Assembly: GCA_964016885.1 (NCBI GenBank)
Contig: OZ024742.1
Coordinates: 206,584,001-206,648,000, forward strand
Source: Eledone cirrhosa
Lineage: Eukaryota
Direction: 5' to 3'
Length of the DNA stretch: 64,000 nucleotides
Each line of letters begins with the position of its first letter. Position 1 is the first letter of the stretch. The translations under genes and the position numbers were made by a program. Below are positions 13,825 through 27,071 of this stretch, piece by piece. The notes beneath the pieces are model-generated. The model was not told the origin of the DNA and ran no database searches. It saw nothing but the letters and a program-made list of their open reading frames with translations.

Positions 13825-16330
13825 GATTTCATTTATTAGCCACAAGGGCCGACATGTAGGGGACAATACAAAGACAGGGACAGTGGGGGTTTACAATAAG
13901 GTCGAGTAAAAGTGCACAATGGCAAGACTAATTTAACAATGAAAATATAAAAATATAAAATAAACTATGCATAAATATAACAAAATAAATTCCCCGATAG
14001 GGGGTGGACGACCCTGGGGTGATTCGGGTACCCCATCAATCCTGAACCACCCTGCGATTCTAGGGCACCCAGGAGAGCATCCCTCTCCTCAAGTTAGCCA
14101 GCCTATAGGCGCATGGTCAGAGTAGGCCCATTCACACGAGCCATTCTCGCCACATTCACCCACCTTTTAGCAAATGCACTGGGGGGCAGCACTTCTCTCT
14201 CCACCCTCACCCTCCTTTCCAGGTGAAACTTGAAGAAGTTGATGAGGGATTGGCCGAAGAGAAAAGTGTCTGTCTTTAGTCCTTTCAACCTGGTCCACCA
14301 TATAATCTCTTTCGCAACTGCCACCAGACAGAGGAAAATTTCCTGCTCTTCCTGACCTAAGGAAGGTGGCGGCTCGATCTTCACTATGGACTCGGCCGAT
14401 AGCCGGATTCGTTCCACACGCGACAGTAGCTGTTCGACATAACTCCACAAGTCAGTAATGCACGGGCATTGGACAAGTGCGTGCAGAACGGTTTCGTCGT
14501 TCTGTGCGCATCTTGGGCAGGTCCGTCTGACAGCACTTCCGTGCCTGTAGAGTTTATCCCGAACCGGCAGTGCCCCCCGGTAGCACTGCCAAGCAAGGGA
14601 TTTCTGGAAATTGTCCATCGTCCCCGGCTCAAAAGTCCTCCGGTACAGACTGGTCAGTTCGACTTCGTCGAGGCCCAAAGCTTCTCCGAGTGCGTCATCG
14701 CACTTGCCCACCACTAATCCTCTATAGAACTCGAGAGTGGAAGTTCCACTGATCGCATTGCCCGCTTGGTAGAGGGCAGTGAGTGCCTGGCAACATTCCA
14801 GGTGCCAGTCACCCAGACTCGGTCTCTTCTTGACCCAGGACTGCAGCTCAGTCAAAGAAATGAGCTGCGGAAAGGCCCGTCTGATAAACGGCGACCACAC
14901 CTGTTCACCATTGAGGCAGAATATCTGGAGATGTCGTAGCCTCAACGCATGTCTGCGCATCATTAGCCACGGCATGCCCAGCCCTCCGCGTAGAGGGTGC
15001 TGGCAGCAGATGAACCGCCTCACCAACGGAACTTGTCCCCTCCTTAAGAATTTGAAGAGGAGCCGTTCCAACTTGACGAGGCGCGGACGGGGGCAAGGCA
15101 CGACGGTTAGGCTGTAGTAGATGACGGACGCGATGTACGCATTCGCCACCTCCGCGCGACCTTTCAGTGATAGCTACCTCCCAGCCAATTTTTGGGTGAG
15201 ACTGGCTACTCTGCTCGTTACCTCGTCCCAATTCTTTTCCACCCGGAGGTCTGGTCCGAACCAAACCCCGAGCAACTTTACCGGTCCGTCCGTCCAGCGC
15301 CCCACGACGCTGTTGGACGGCATGGGCTTGCCTCTCCAGGTTCCGAGCTGCAAGCCCACCGACTTTTCCGGGTTAAGTTTGGCTCCTGTCAACCTTTCAT
15401 ATTCCTTCAATAAGGTGCCGACCACCTCGATTTCTGAGGTGTTCGACACCATCACAGTGATGTCGTCCGCATAAGCCGACACCGCCTTTCCACGTCCCGG
15501 TTCGAGCGGGATGCCCTGCAACAGCTCCAGCTTCCGCAGTAAAGGCTCGAGAGTCAATACGTACAGAAGGGAAGAGAGAGGGCACCCTTGACGGACCGAT
15601 CGGGAGAGCCGAAATGGTTCCGAGAGGTGGCCATTAACCTTGACCACCGAGCGTGTGCCGCTGTGCATTGCAACGATCCAGCTTCTAAAGACAGGGCCGA
15701 AGCCAGCTGCTTTGAGGACAAACTCCAGGTACCGATGATCGACCCTATCGAATGCTTTCGATTGATCTAAATTGATCAGTGCCCCACCGAAGCCAGGTTT
15801 ACACCCTACCCTCTCTATGATGTATCGCATGAGGTGGAGATTGTCGTGTATGGACCTGGCTGGGATTGCGTAAGTTTGCGCGTCCCCAACCAAATCCTCG
15901 ACGACAAGCGCCAATCTCTTTGCTAACACCTTGGCCAAAATTTTAAACTCTGTGTTGAGCAGAGTTATGGGCCTGAAGTTGTCTAATGTATCCCTCTTGT
16001 TCTCGTCTTTCCTTATCAGCGTCACCACTCCCCTGCTCACAGAACTGGGAATACTCCCATTCTGCTGCCAGTTGCAGTAGAGTGCTTCGAGGAGTTCGGA
16101 GAACAAGTCTGGCATATTTACGTAAAGCTCGTAGGGCAGGCCATCCAAACCGGGTGACTTGCGCCTCATGCAGCCGACAAGGGCGTCCTGAATTTCGGCT
16201 GAAGTAATCGGCCTTTCGCAGCGCTCAGCGTCGACCGTCGAGATGCGCGGCAAGCCGTCAAGGTAGGGACTGAAATCCGCTACTCTCTCTGACTCGCCAC
16301 TCTCCCTGAACAACCGAGCAAAGTGCTGGC
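13825..16330 (-). mobile_element. 5'-truncated L1/Tx1 LINE (ORF2 RT plus C-terminal zinc knuckle)
   Basis: SPGLDGLP, RPITLLNTEFKIL, DQSKAFDRV, VRQGCPLS, AYADD, CPRC..ETVLHALVQC; one frameshift near 15170. AATAAA then (ATT)n at the 3' end; AAT repeats on both flanks. Confidence 0.92.
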
Positions 16331-19035
16331 AATAATAATAATGTTAATGGTAGGCACAACAACAACCATAATAACAATAATAGCAACACACACAACTATG
16401 ACGATAGATATAATGATAACCTCTTAGAGAAACTATTCTTCAACCCAGCTGACAAAACATAAGATGAGTAAAATTTATCCTACGAGGTTTCCCTTTAATA
16501 AAAGGGTTTGTATACTACAACAAATAGATGACGAGACAGAGGCACAGTTCACCATAGCTAGAAATAAGATTAGACAAATAGTAGACCGGTATACTAAGAG
16601 ACAGAGCAGACCAGAGGCCCAACAACTTGGAAGGAAGCCTGTAGAAGGCTTAGTTATCCTCAAGCAGCGCACAAGGGATGGTGAGATAGTGTGTCTACCA
16701 ACAGATAAGTCTGGTAGGATGTCCATAGACAACATACCGAACTACATCAAGGCTATGCAACCACACATCACCAACACGAGCGAAATTACACAACAAACAC
16801 ATGAGGGGAGAGAGAAGATCCTCAATGCTCACATTATGATGTGGACCGACATCCTAAAGCCAAGCAGACGCACTGCCAACAACTTCTAGGCGTCTAACAA
16901 TGACATACCACCCTTGTATGGGCGCCGCAAAGACCATAAGACGGTCGACGACCCGACAACAGGACCACCAACACGACCTGTATGCGGAGCCAATATCGCT
17001 AGCAACTACAGGATCTCCTACTTCCTCTCAATGGTTATACGCGCCATAATCAAGATATCCCCAGATGTATGTGACAGTACAGAAGATCTCCTCAGCAGAA
17101 TCAATGAATACAACAAAAACAAAAACCTATCTAACTGAATAATAGGCAGTATGGATGTGATATCACTATACCCATCTATTAACATTGATTTTGCTGTGGA
17201 AAAATGTGTGGAGATGATCAGTGAGAGTGAGGTGGAGTTCTGCGACGTCGACACAGATGAACTGGGCCTCCTACTTAGACTTACCTATGACACCGACTAC
17301 CTAGACAGCCATGACCTTAGCTGTTTCTGCCCCAGTAGACCCATAAGAAGTAGACCCCCCCCCATAACCTCAATGGCAAAAAAGACTCCCATGGGAAGGT
17401 GGATTGGGTGGACCAAAGCCATATGGACCTCCCAAAACAATGATCAGGTAAGGAAAATGGTCACACATGTAATAGGAGCTAGTATTAAAACTACCCTAAA
17501 GGGCCACATATTCAAATTCAACGAGAAGATCTACAACCAAAATGAGGGAACAGCCATTGGCGTCAGCATAGCTGGTGACATTGCCAACCTTTTTATGGTA
17601 TGGTGGGAAAGGAGACTCAAAGATCTCCTTGATAAGAGCTCCATAGACCTCACCATGTACTCTCGTTACGTAGACGATATTAATATAGTAATAAGGACAC
17701 CCCCACAAGAGAGTACTAACAAGTATGATTTAGAATGTAGCACAATGGAAAGCATCCAGCAGATAGCTAACTCCATACACCAGAGTATAACTGTAACTAT
17801 CGACTACCCTTCCAAACACCCTAACAGTAGACTACCTGTATTAGACACGGAACTCTGGATTAACACTAGAGACGAGAGGGCCCAAATTCTCCACTCACAC
17901 TATGCTAAACCCATGGCCTCCAAATACCTTATACTCAAAAACTCAGCAATGTCAGTAGTGCTAAGTTTAATATTCTGATCGCAGACTTGGTAAAGTGATG
18001 AAGAACGTGTTCTGCATGTGCAACCCAACAGAAATGGAAAGACACATCCAACACTTCATCAACCGCATGCAGTTCTCTGGCTGCAACCAAAGAGACAGAA
18101 TCAGAGTATACAAAGGAGCCACGGAGAAGTATAAGACATAAGACCCTCATAGAACTGGACATGAAAGGAATTTGCCCATTATACAGGAGCAAATCATGGA
18201 ATACCTTAGCTAGGACTAAACATAAGATAGAGAAAGCCACCTCATGATACGACAACTAGAGATACCAGTCGTGTTCGTGGACGCTACCCCTGGAGGGAAA
18301 TTAGCTAACCAGTGTAGAAAGGCCCTGAGAAAGACCCACTTAAAGATTAAAGTGGTAGAAAAGCCAGGAACTGCCATAAAATCCCTGATCAGCAAAACAT
18401 ACCCTTTTAAGAAAACCCACTGAACTAATAGGAAATGTGTTATATGTAAAGTAAACCCCCGGATAAACTGTAAAACTAGAAACGTAGTCTATAGCATAAT
18501 ATGTACAGAGGGTACTTGTAGAAACATGACAACAACATACATAGGTAAGACAGCTCGTATCATAGGAGAAAGAATAGACCAACACTGGGGGGAACTAAAA
18601 GGACGAAAAAACGGTTCAGTACTATACGAACACGCCAGACAACAACATGACGGTAACATAGAAATTAAAATAATATCTAAACATAGAAATGACCCAGCAG
18701 ATAGGCAAATCAGAGAGGCAAGCAAAATAGAGCTTAGACGGCCAAAGCTAAACAGAAAAAAATGAATGGAATACCAACAACACCCAAACAAACAATACTG
18801 ACTTAAGAGAAATATAAATAAATAAATAAATAAATATACAACAAACACATATAAACACACACTAGTAAACTAAGATAGAATACAATAACCAAAACACAGT
18901 CACCCAAACTCGAACACACACCAAACACTATATACACACACAAACGCATGCGCAGAGAAGAAGATAAAAATAAATAAATAAATAAACAGATAAAATAAAA
19001 ATGGCGTAGATATACAATACAACAGGAGGAACATA

Positions 19036-19088
19036 ATAGTACCACTGATAATGTTGCAGATGTGCAACGAAAGAACTTTGTTAGACTA
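19036..19088 (+). ncRNA. Hammerhead-like motif of PLE family B
   Basis: CTGATAA, stem gttgca-gatg-tgcaac, GAAA. The paralog at 54482-54532 (minus) has CTGATGA but TAAA. Confidence 0.5.
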
Positions 19089-19349
19089 TATATATGTGTT
19101 TATATCTGTATTATATCTATACTTTTGAGCGTTGGTCAGTCAAGGGTAAACATTGACGTCCAAATGAATTAACTGTGGAGATATAAAAGATACAGAAGCG
19201 AAAACCAACGAAACAGTGAGTGTGTTCTGTTATTATTTCTGGCAATATTATTACAACAATATGACCCACCCCAAGTATAACAATATTTGTTTCGACACGA
19301 TTTCATATAAAAAACCTCGCAAAACATATTCATCGCCGTTATATAAATA

Positions 19350-20060
19350 TATATATATTTATTAAAATAACAGATTAAAGTTTAAGCAAAGAATCGCTGC
19401 TTTCACCCTTAACGGGATCTTCTGAAAATTAAAAAAATCAATCTGTGAATGCAGAAGTAAATATTTCGAAAAACGTTGCAACAGAAGGAAAACAGGAAGA
19501 CCTGTTATTTTAATAAATATTTGCTCTAGGGTTGTTATATATTTGATATATATTTATCCTTATCGAGCCCTCTTTGAATTTTAGTCTTCAAAATTATTAT
19601 TATTATTACTATATATATATATATATATATATACACAAAATCAGGCATACATGTGGATGTGCAAATGTGTGTGTGTTTATCGGAGTAATTAGAGTTAAGT
19701 CTGAATACAAATAAAAACGAAAAAAAAACATATAGAAATACAAATTTAAAAAAAAATGAATCCAAAGAAGTTTGACAAAAAAAACAAAAAAAGAAGCGAA
19801 AAATCAAAGGTAGAAATGTTAAACTGAAGAAAAATGTTTTCGTGAAACAAAGGTTAAAAGAATGACAATATGATGTGTTGATAAAGTAAATACCAATATC
19901 AGAAAATGTGATGAAATACACTATAAAGAGTGGACAATAACAATAGCAACAGCAACAAGAAGACAAAACTTCTGTTTGAAGCAGTTGCTTCAGTAGTAAT
20001 AACAATAAGGTATAAAGAGCGATAGCTGTTGCTGTAACATAGTTAGAAAGATAGTTGACT
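19350..20060 (-). mobile_element. Probable PLE-type non-coding 3' end with degenerate hammerhead motif
   Basis: Minus strand CAGAAGA-tcccgttaagggt-GAAAgc at about 19395-19425, abutting (TA)n. No coding part seen. Confidence 0.35.
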
Positions 20061-20069
20061 ATAATGATA

Positions 20070-20243
20070 ATAATTGTTTCTACTTTTGGCACAAGGCCAG
20101 CAATTACCCAGTGCATTACCAGTACTTTATTTTATCGACCCTGTAAGGATGAAAGGCAAAGTCAACCTCGGCGGGATTTGAACTCAGATCATAAAGGGAC
20201 GTAACAATGTTGGAAAGCATGGCGTCCGACCCTCTACCGATAC
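20070..20243 (-). mobile_element. tRNA-derived SINE, family 1
   Basis: B box GAGTTCAAATCC, body gactttgcctttcatcc...gtcgataaaataaagtactgg, tail ttgtgccaaaagtagaaacaattatt. Confidence 0.85.
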
Positions 20244-20641
20244 TGATAATGGCTCCTGATTTAGGAACAAGACCAACAATTTTGGGAGAGGGGAATGTCA
20301 ATTAACTTGACAAATCTAATCTCGGCAGGATTTCAACCCAGAACATAAAGTGACGTAACTATATACCACAGAGCTCTACCAATACTGCCAATCCACTATA
20401 ATGATGATAATGATATATATATATATTAGCATCATCAATATATGCTGCATGTAAGTACTACAGTCTGTAAAGCAATTGGCATTAGAAAGGGGCATCCAAC
20501 TGTAGAAATAAAGTCAAATTTGGAACATATGAGAAAGAAGTGATCCTCCCATATCCTATCAAATCTCAAACCATGGCTACCTGTTCTACCCATGCAAGCA
20601 TGGAAAGTGGATCCAAGGATGTAATTATATATATATATAAA

Positions 20642-20870
20642 ATGTAACATGTTCAGCTGTAGAAAATACTATAAAATCATATAAACACCCTTAGAGATGG
20701 AAAAAGAAGTGGTCAGTGGCTACCACAAGGGATTAAACCTCATATCTCTCAGCTGGTATCTGAGAAGTACTAGGTTCAATCCTTCGTGGCAGTTGCTGGC
20801 GACTTCTTTTTCCATCTCTAAAAGTGTTTACTCTATTTTATAATATTTTCTGCACTTGAGCATACTACAT
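20642..20870. repeat. ~230 bp imperfect palindrome (fold-back element)
   Basis: ttagagatggaaaaagaagt pairs with acttctttttccatctctaa; outer and inner arms also pair. Confidence 0.8.
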
Positions 20871-20989
20871 CTTCTATGAACTTTAATTACTATGGATGTT
20901 CGAAAGTTCAAACTTCATATATGATGGTTTGCATAGGAATGTAGACAGCTTTTGTCTTTCCTTTATGAATCTGTAATGGATGCCCATGG

Positions 20990-21830
20990 GAATTAGCAGC
21001 GGAGGTGGGTGTTCTGAAAGTACAGTAACCAGGGTAAGAACAGGATGGAAGAATTTCAGGGAGCTACTACCACTGCTAGCTGCAAAAGGCTTTTCCCTCA
21101 AAATGAAAGGCAGATTGTATGATGCATGCATATGAACAGCAATGTTGCATGGTAGTGAGACCTTGGTGTTGTGTGCAGAAGACTTGTGTAGATTAGAAAG
21201 AAATGAAGCTTACATGCTCTGATGGATGTGTAATAGTAATATATGTGAACAGTAAAGTATAAATGAATTAAGAGAGAGACTAGGCACAAGAGGAATCAAA
21301 TGCAGTGTGCAGGAGAGGTAATGTTGGTATGGACATGTAATGCGTATGAAGGATGACAGCTGCATAAAAAGGTGCAGAGTGCTAAAAGTCAATGGAAGCC
21401 TTGGAGTGGGGAGACCCAAGAAAACATGGGATAAAAGCTGATCTTGCCCAAATGCACCTCTCAAAAGCGATGACACAGGACTGAGACCTCTGGCACTATG
21501 CTGTTAAAGAGAAGACCAAACTTCACACAGGTACAGGCCAAAACAGAAGCATATAGACAGTATGCCCCCGCTCCACCCCCTCTCAATGTAAAGTAGTCGT
21601 GTAGGTGTCATGACAAAAAAATCCCCTAGTCCACACTGTAGGCGCCACAGTAAAAAGCACCCAGCACTCATTGTGAATGAGGTTGCCATTAGAAAGGGCA
21701 TCCAGCTGTAGAAATCACTTCTGTATGAGCAAGACATGGTAATCTGACCTGGCATTGCCCACAATAGGACAACTCGTCTAACCCATGCTGGCATGGAAGA
21801 ATAGACTTAAAACAGTGATGATGATGATGA
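20990..21830 (+). mobile_element. RTE LINE 3' fragment with 3' UTR and (GAT)n tail
   Basis: RVRTGWKNFRELLPLL, MLHGSET, GRPKKTW. Homologous to 60437-61320. Confidence 0.85.
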
Positions 21831-22578
21831 TATATATATATATATCAGAGAGTGGGAGAGAGAAGGGTGTATATGAAAACATATATAAACAATAATCATA
21901 TGGGTAGCCATGCGGCTGGCTGAAGAAGAATATTTTCTTGTATTTAAACAAAAAAAAATGTTTGCCAGTATGTTCTTTCGTCAGTGGCACTCAGAACATA
22001 CTGGCATGGAATAGACTATAGTCTATAGAGTATGTTGCATGATGATCACTTGCTGGAGATGCTCATATGCATATAACAAAGCGGAAACATATCCTGTTAA
22101 GAAGCTCACTTCACAACCATATGGTTCCATATTGATTAATACCATGGTGTGGCAACATGGATAAGTCTTCTACAATATCCTTGGGTTAACCTATTTGTAA
22201 GTGGAATTTGACAGTGAGTTGTACATGTATTTTAAGGGGCCAGTCAATCCACACAATGTGTCAGGCTGTATCTCCCTGTGAACAATGTTAAAGGTGTTTA
22301 TGTCTGTGGAATGCTCAGTCACTTATATGTTAATTTCATGAGCAGGAAGTTCCATTGATTGAATCAGCTAGAACACTTATTGTCATCAACTAGAACACTT
22401 ATTGTCATCAGCTAGAACACTTATTGTCAGAAACTGAGGTCTAACAACACAATATTCTTGGAATGAAGACCTATGTTTTAAGATTTAAATGATCAGAAAG
22501 TATACTTCATAATGAAGTTAGAAACGAGCATAGCTAAAATGCCAATCATTTACTTCTACACAATATGCTATATCTTAG
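21647..22578 (+). repeat. Left arm of ~0.9 kb inverted duplication
   Basis: Reverse complement of 25491-26376. The ORF track shows mirror peptides MPAWVRRVVLL and MPLTKEHTGKH. Confidence 0.9.
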
Positions 22579-22599
22579 GAGGGAAAGGATCGACAATAT

Positions 22600-22835
22600 C
22601 CCAGACCTCATTCACTTACCGAGTAGGGTGGTGCTCATCAAATCGGACCAAAGAAACAATATTTCCATTGATCTTTCCATTGCTGATACTATCTACCGGT
22701 TGCAATTCCAGGTAGAAAGAGAACGGGAAATAAAGTGTCTTACTCAGGATATAACACATTGCCCAGTCTGGGATTCAAACTCACAACCTCACGATTGTGA
22801 ATGCAATTCTCTAACCACTAAACCATTTGCCTTCA
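22600..22835 (-). mobile_element. Degenerate tRNA-derived SINE
   Basis: Minus strand tggtttagtggttagag...gtgagtttgaatccc (A and B boxes) then tcctgagtaagacacttta. Confidence 0.6.
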
Positions 22836-23418
22836 CAATACTATATCTACCTACCTATTTCTGAGTGCAGGTCCTATGATTTATTCTAAAATATTCAAAT
22901 GGCTACTTGTACTTCATGTGTCAACTTATGCAGAATTTACCACTGCTACTAAACAACAACAAATACTATCACATCCCCATCTTCATTGTCAATATAGTTA
23001 TTATTACTACCACTACTTGCATCATTATCCCAGTTACCACCACCATAAAAAAAACAAAAAAAATCAGCAAAATCAACAACCATATCATCTCTATTAACTG
23101 TTGTCATTGATGGTACATTATCCATTTCTTATTGCCATGCATTTACTCTCAGAATAAATTTTCCGCTCAATTGGTTTCCTGTTAAAATATTGTCTTATTT
23201 CAAAGAACAAATTTCTTTACTTCTAAATTTAGATAAGAGTAAATTCTTCATCTTAACAAAAAGTATTTGAAAAGCTTTAAGCAAGTAAGATTGACATTTT
23301 TTGTATTTTTCTTATGTGTGTGCTTGATTGTTTGTTTTTCTTTTTTTCTTCTTATCTACATTACATTCTGCTTCAAATAAATTGACACAATTGCTATACC
23401 ATCGTTATAAGTAGTTCT

Positions 23419-23660
23419 AAAGATATTATGGGCATTCATCTGAAAGTATTGTGAATAACCAACTAGAAATATCAGGGACATTTATTTTAAAATACTATGA
23501 CCCTAAAAGTATAGTGAACATTCACCTACAAATATTGGGAACAGTCACCTAAAAATGGACATTCACCTCGAAATGTGGCTAACATTTAACTAAAATGTTG
23601 TAAACATTCACTTGAAAATATTTATCAAGAAATATTGTGACCATTCATCCTAAAGTATTG
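23419..23660. repeat. Degenerate ~23 bp minisatellite
   Basis: About ten units resembling aaatattgtgaacattcacct. Confidence 0.7.
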
Positions 23661-23907
23661 CTTTTTTTCCACGTAGCAAGATCCTGAACCTGACTGATAA
23701 TATATCCTGGTCTCACCCACTAGTTTCAGATGCTAAACAGCTTTTAGATGTGCACTAAATTCTGTCGTTTTTCTAGCTTGACTTCCTATTCCATGTCATG
23801 GTACATACATCACATATTTACACAAAGATTTGGTTTTTGAGAGTCACAATGTGTGACCCAGGTACCTGAGCTAGCAAGAGACTATTGAATGAAATTGAGA
23901 TAACATT

Positions 23908-24099
23908 CAGGGCTGGATTAACCATTAAGCAAAAATAAGCACATGCTTAAGGTATCAAGGGGAGAGGGGCACAGTTTTATTCAAATTAATTGTGTTTGTC
24001 ATTCCAAAAAATGTTTTGCAGAAATTATATAGGGAAGGGAAGGGATACACCATTATCATTTAAGCACTTAGAGTATCAAAATGACTTAATCCAACCCTG
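23908..24099. mobile_element. hAT-like MITE
   Basis: TIR cagggctggattaa / ttaatccaaccctg; no clean TSD. Confidence 0.55.
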
Positions 24100-24731
24100 G
24101 CATTATTGCTGTTCTATTGTATAAAACGATGTTTTACACATTATCAGAGCATTTCACACCCTCCATCACTCTCATGCGCAAAGTTTTAACTGCACTGCTG
24201 CCATTCTCCACATTATTCATGATGACCTAAAATGTACAGATATAAAGCAAGGCAAAAGTAAAACCTAATATCCATTTTACTTTGTATATTTTCACTGAAC
24301 ATGGTATACTTTCTTCAGACCTGAGTAGTATGCTCTTCTTATCTTAAAGTCACTCTTGCAGTCTGGCATCATGGATTCAAGATATGTGGACTAATTAGTA
24401 TTAGTGTACTGATGGCTTATGATAGAATTAAAAAGTGTGACCAACTGAAGGGTATATATGTGTGAGAGGGCATGGGATTTGGAAAGGTGTAGCTGGATGG
24501 AAATAGACAAAGTATATAGATGGGGAGGAATTTGGTTGCATGTGTTTGCAAATTGATAAGGAAACTCTAGGGACTTTTTCGTAAAGGGCAACTGTTGTTA
24601 TGATGATGTTGATGTTCATGATCATCATGGTAGTGGTGATGACAATAATTGTGATGACGATAATGTCAACAATAAAGAAGAGGAGGTGGAAGGGAATGAT
24701 ATCCATCTATAGGGCAGAATACTCAGCAAGG

Positions 24732-24777
<46 letters not shown>

Positions 24778-25490
24778 CATTATTAGAACAATCATCATCA
24801 AGATTATTGTTATCAATTTAAATTGTTGTTGTTGTGAAACCTTTCGTCAGCCCTGATTGAGTTGATGGATGAATATTCTGTCTCACTTGTCAAGTATAGT
24901 GTTGGTCACTATATTACACAATGTGTGCCTTTTAAAGATAGTATGGTGTTTTTTGGGGGGGGACTTGACTGTTATTTTTAGCTAGTCAAAAGTGGATATG
25001 CAGAGGCTCTTAGCATAGTCATCACCATCAACATCATCATCATTGTCATAATTATCACCAATATTAACCAAATCCTGAGATTGTTGGAAAAAATACCTGC
25101 AATATTTAACTACAGCTCATCATCAATCCGAATTCAAATCCAACTGAAGTCAAGTTTATCTTTCATTCTTCGAAATATGGGGGTCAATTCTTACAGTGTA
25201 TGCTAAATGAATGAAATTATAATAGATGATGATATTCTTTATGAGCAGCCACAGCCGCAACAACAATAACATCCTTGTCATCCTCAACATCCATATCATG
25301 ACAACAATGTCACAGCTCTAAAAGTTGATGTTAATGTTTAACTTGTTAGCTATTGCAGTTTCAATACATTTATTATTGCAGTAATTATATGTTGTTCAAA
25401 TAGCAAAATAACAATACCAGTCGTTAGACTGATGTAAGCATAAACACCCACACACACAAAAACACTTATAACAAGCTTCTACCGTTTTCA

Positions 25491-26376
25491 AAGATAATAT
25501 ATTGTGTTGAAGTAAATGATTGGCATTTTAGCTATGCTTGTTTCTAACTTCATTATGAAGTATGCTTTCTGATCATTTAAATCTTAAAACATAGGTCTTC
25601 ATTCCAAGAATATTGTGTTGTTAGACCTCAGTTTCTGACAATAAGTGTTCTAGCTGATTCAATCAATGGAACTTCCTGCTCATGAAATTAACATATAAGT
25701 GACTGAGCATTCCACAGACATAAACACCCTTAACATTGTTCACAGGGAGATACAGCCTGACACAATGTGTGGATTGACTGGCCCCTTAAAATACATGTAC
25801 AACTCATTGTCAAATTCCACTTACAAATAGGTTAACCTAAGGATATTGTAGAAGACTTATCCATGTTGCCACACCATGGTATTAATCAATATGGAACCAT
25901 ATGGTTGTGAAGTGAGCTTCTTAACAGGATATGTTTTCCGCTTTGCTATATGCATATGAGCATCTCCAGCAAGTGATCATCATGCAACATACTCTATAGA
26001 CTATAGTCTATTTCATGCCAGTATGTTCTGAGTGCCACTGACGAAAGAACATACTGGCAAACATTTTTTTTGTTTAAATACAAGAAAATATTCTTCTTCA
26101 GCCAGCCGCATGGCTACCCATATGATTATTGTTTATATATGTTTTCATATACACCCCTCTCTCTCCCTCTCTCTCTCTCTGATATATATATATATATCAT
26201 CATCTTCACTGTTTTAAGTCTATTCTTCCATGCCAGCATGGGTTAGACGAGTTGTCCTGTTGTGGGCAATGCCAGGTCAGGTAACAATGTCTTGCTCATA
26301 CAGAACTGATTTCTACAGCTGGATGCCCTTTCTAATGGCAACCTCATTCACAATGAGGGCTGGGTGCTTTTTACTG
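25491..26376 (-). repeat. Right arm of ~0.9 kb inverted duplication
   Basis: Reverse complement of 21647-22578, lacking the 21-bp triplication at 22368-22428. Confidence 0.9.
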
Positions 26377-27071
26377 TTGCACCTACAAAATATAGGTATG
26401 ACTCACTGTCAAATTCCACTTACAAAATGGTCTACCATTATTGTTTCTATATTTAACATAACCACTCTCATTACTGTTGTCACACTGTTATGAATACTCT
26501 ACTACCAACCACCACTGGCATTGTTCCCATCTATTTTTCATAATACATCAATTAGCATATATATTCATATATATAAGCCAAGAAATGACAAAAAAACATC
26601 GATTGTAAAATGTGGGGGTGGGGGGTGGGGGTCATTTTATATTCAAGGTCAATATTTTGTTGATTTTTACCAACTTCAAATTCTATGTAAATGAAGTGCA
26701 AACCTTTTTCATTTTGATGGGTGAATAATACACTGCTTTCACCTTTGATGTTGAATTTGAATTTCCTATTGTTTTTGATTCGTTTTGAATGAATATGGCC
26801 TTCAAAATAGTCAGAAATTGGTAACATATCACTACATAATGGAGTTGTGAAACAAAAAACTATACTTTAAATGACATTTAGAACATTTTAAATATCAAAA
26901 TATTAGCATTTTATAAATATATATTCTCCATTCATAAGGATTTCAAAACCACACCATCTAAGCATGATGTGTTGACTAGTTGCCTTGGCTTATACACAGA
27001 GTTTGGATTTTTGCCCATTTCTCAGACACAAAATATGGGTGGTAGGATTGGTTTTTATTCACATATACACA

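Larger units (their letters stand above)
13041..19340 (+). mobile_element. Long Penelope-like element, family B (RT plus C-terminal GIY-YIG), interrupted by a Tx1 insertion at 13825-16330
   Basis: PTDKSGR, TRPVCGA, MDVISLYPSI, GTAIGVSIAGDIANLFM, YSRYVDDI, LPVLD, NVVYSIIC and YIGKTARIIGERIDQH, with several stops and frameshifts. Paralogous pieces at 51815-52345 and 54237-55418. Assignment of 13041-13824 to this element is less certain. Confidence 0.85.

Noticed and set aside
13361-13909. Cys-, Val-, Leu- or Asn-rich ORFs resembling membrane or repeat proteins
   Set aside because: Trinucleotide low-complexity tract within a retroelement region.
14167-16207. Many overlapping ORFs, mostly plus-strand, over Tx1 (also 39501-42684)
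   Set aside because: Antisense or alternate-frame shadows of a GC-rich ORF2; no independent motifs.
17136-18423. In-frame TGA at apparent Cys positions of PLE-B, suggesting selenocysteine recoding as reported for Naiad PLEs
   Set aside because: The paralog has TGT at the matching site (near 55028). This copy also has TAG stops, a TGG-to-TGA change and frameshifts, and I saw no SECIS. Ordinary decay is simpler.
23419-23660. Regular ~23 bp repeats resembling a CRISPR array
   Set aside because: Degenerate head-to-tail units with no unique spacers, no cas genes and a eukaryotic context.
23690-23870. Possible SNARE-domain exon downstream of the syntaxin-like exons
   Set aside because: Stops in all three frames and only a KLEK-sized resemblance.
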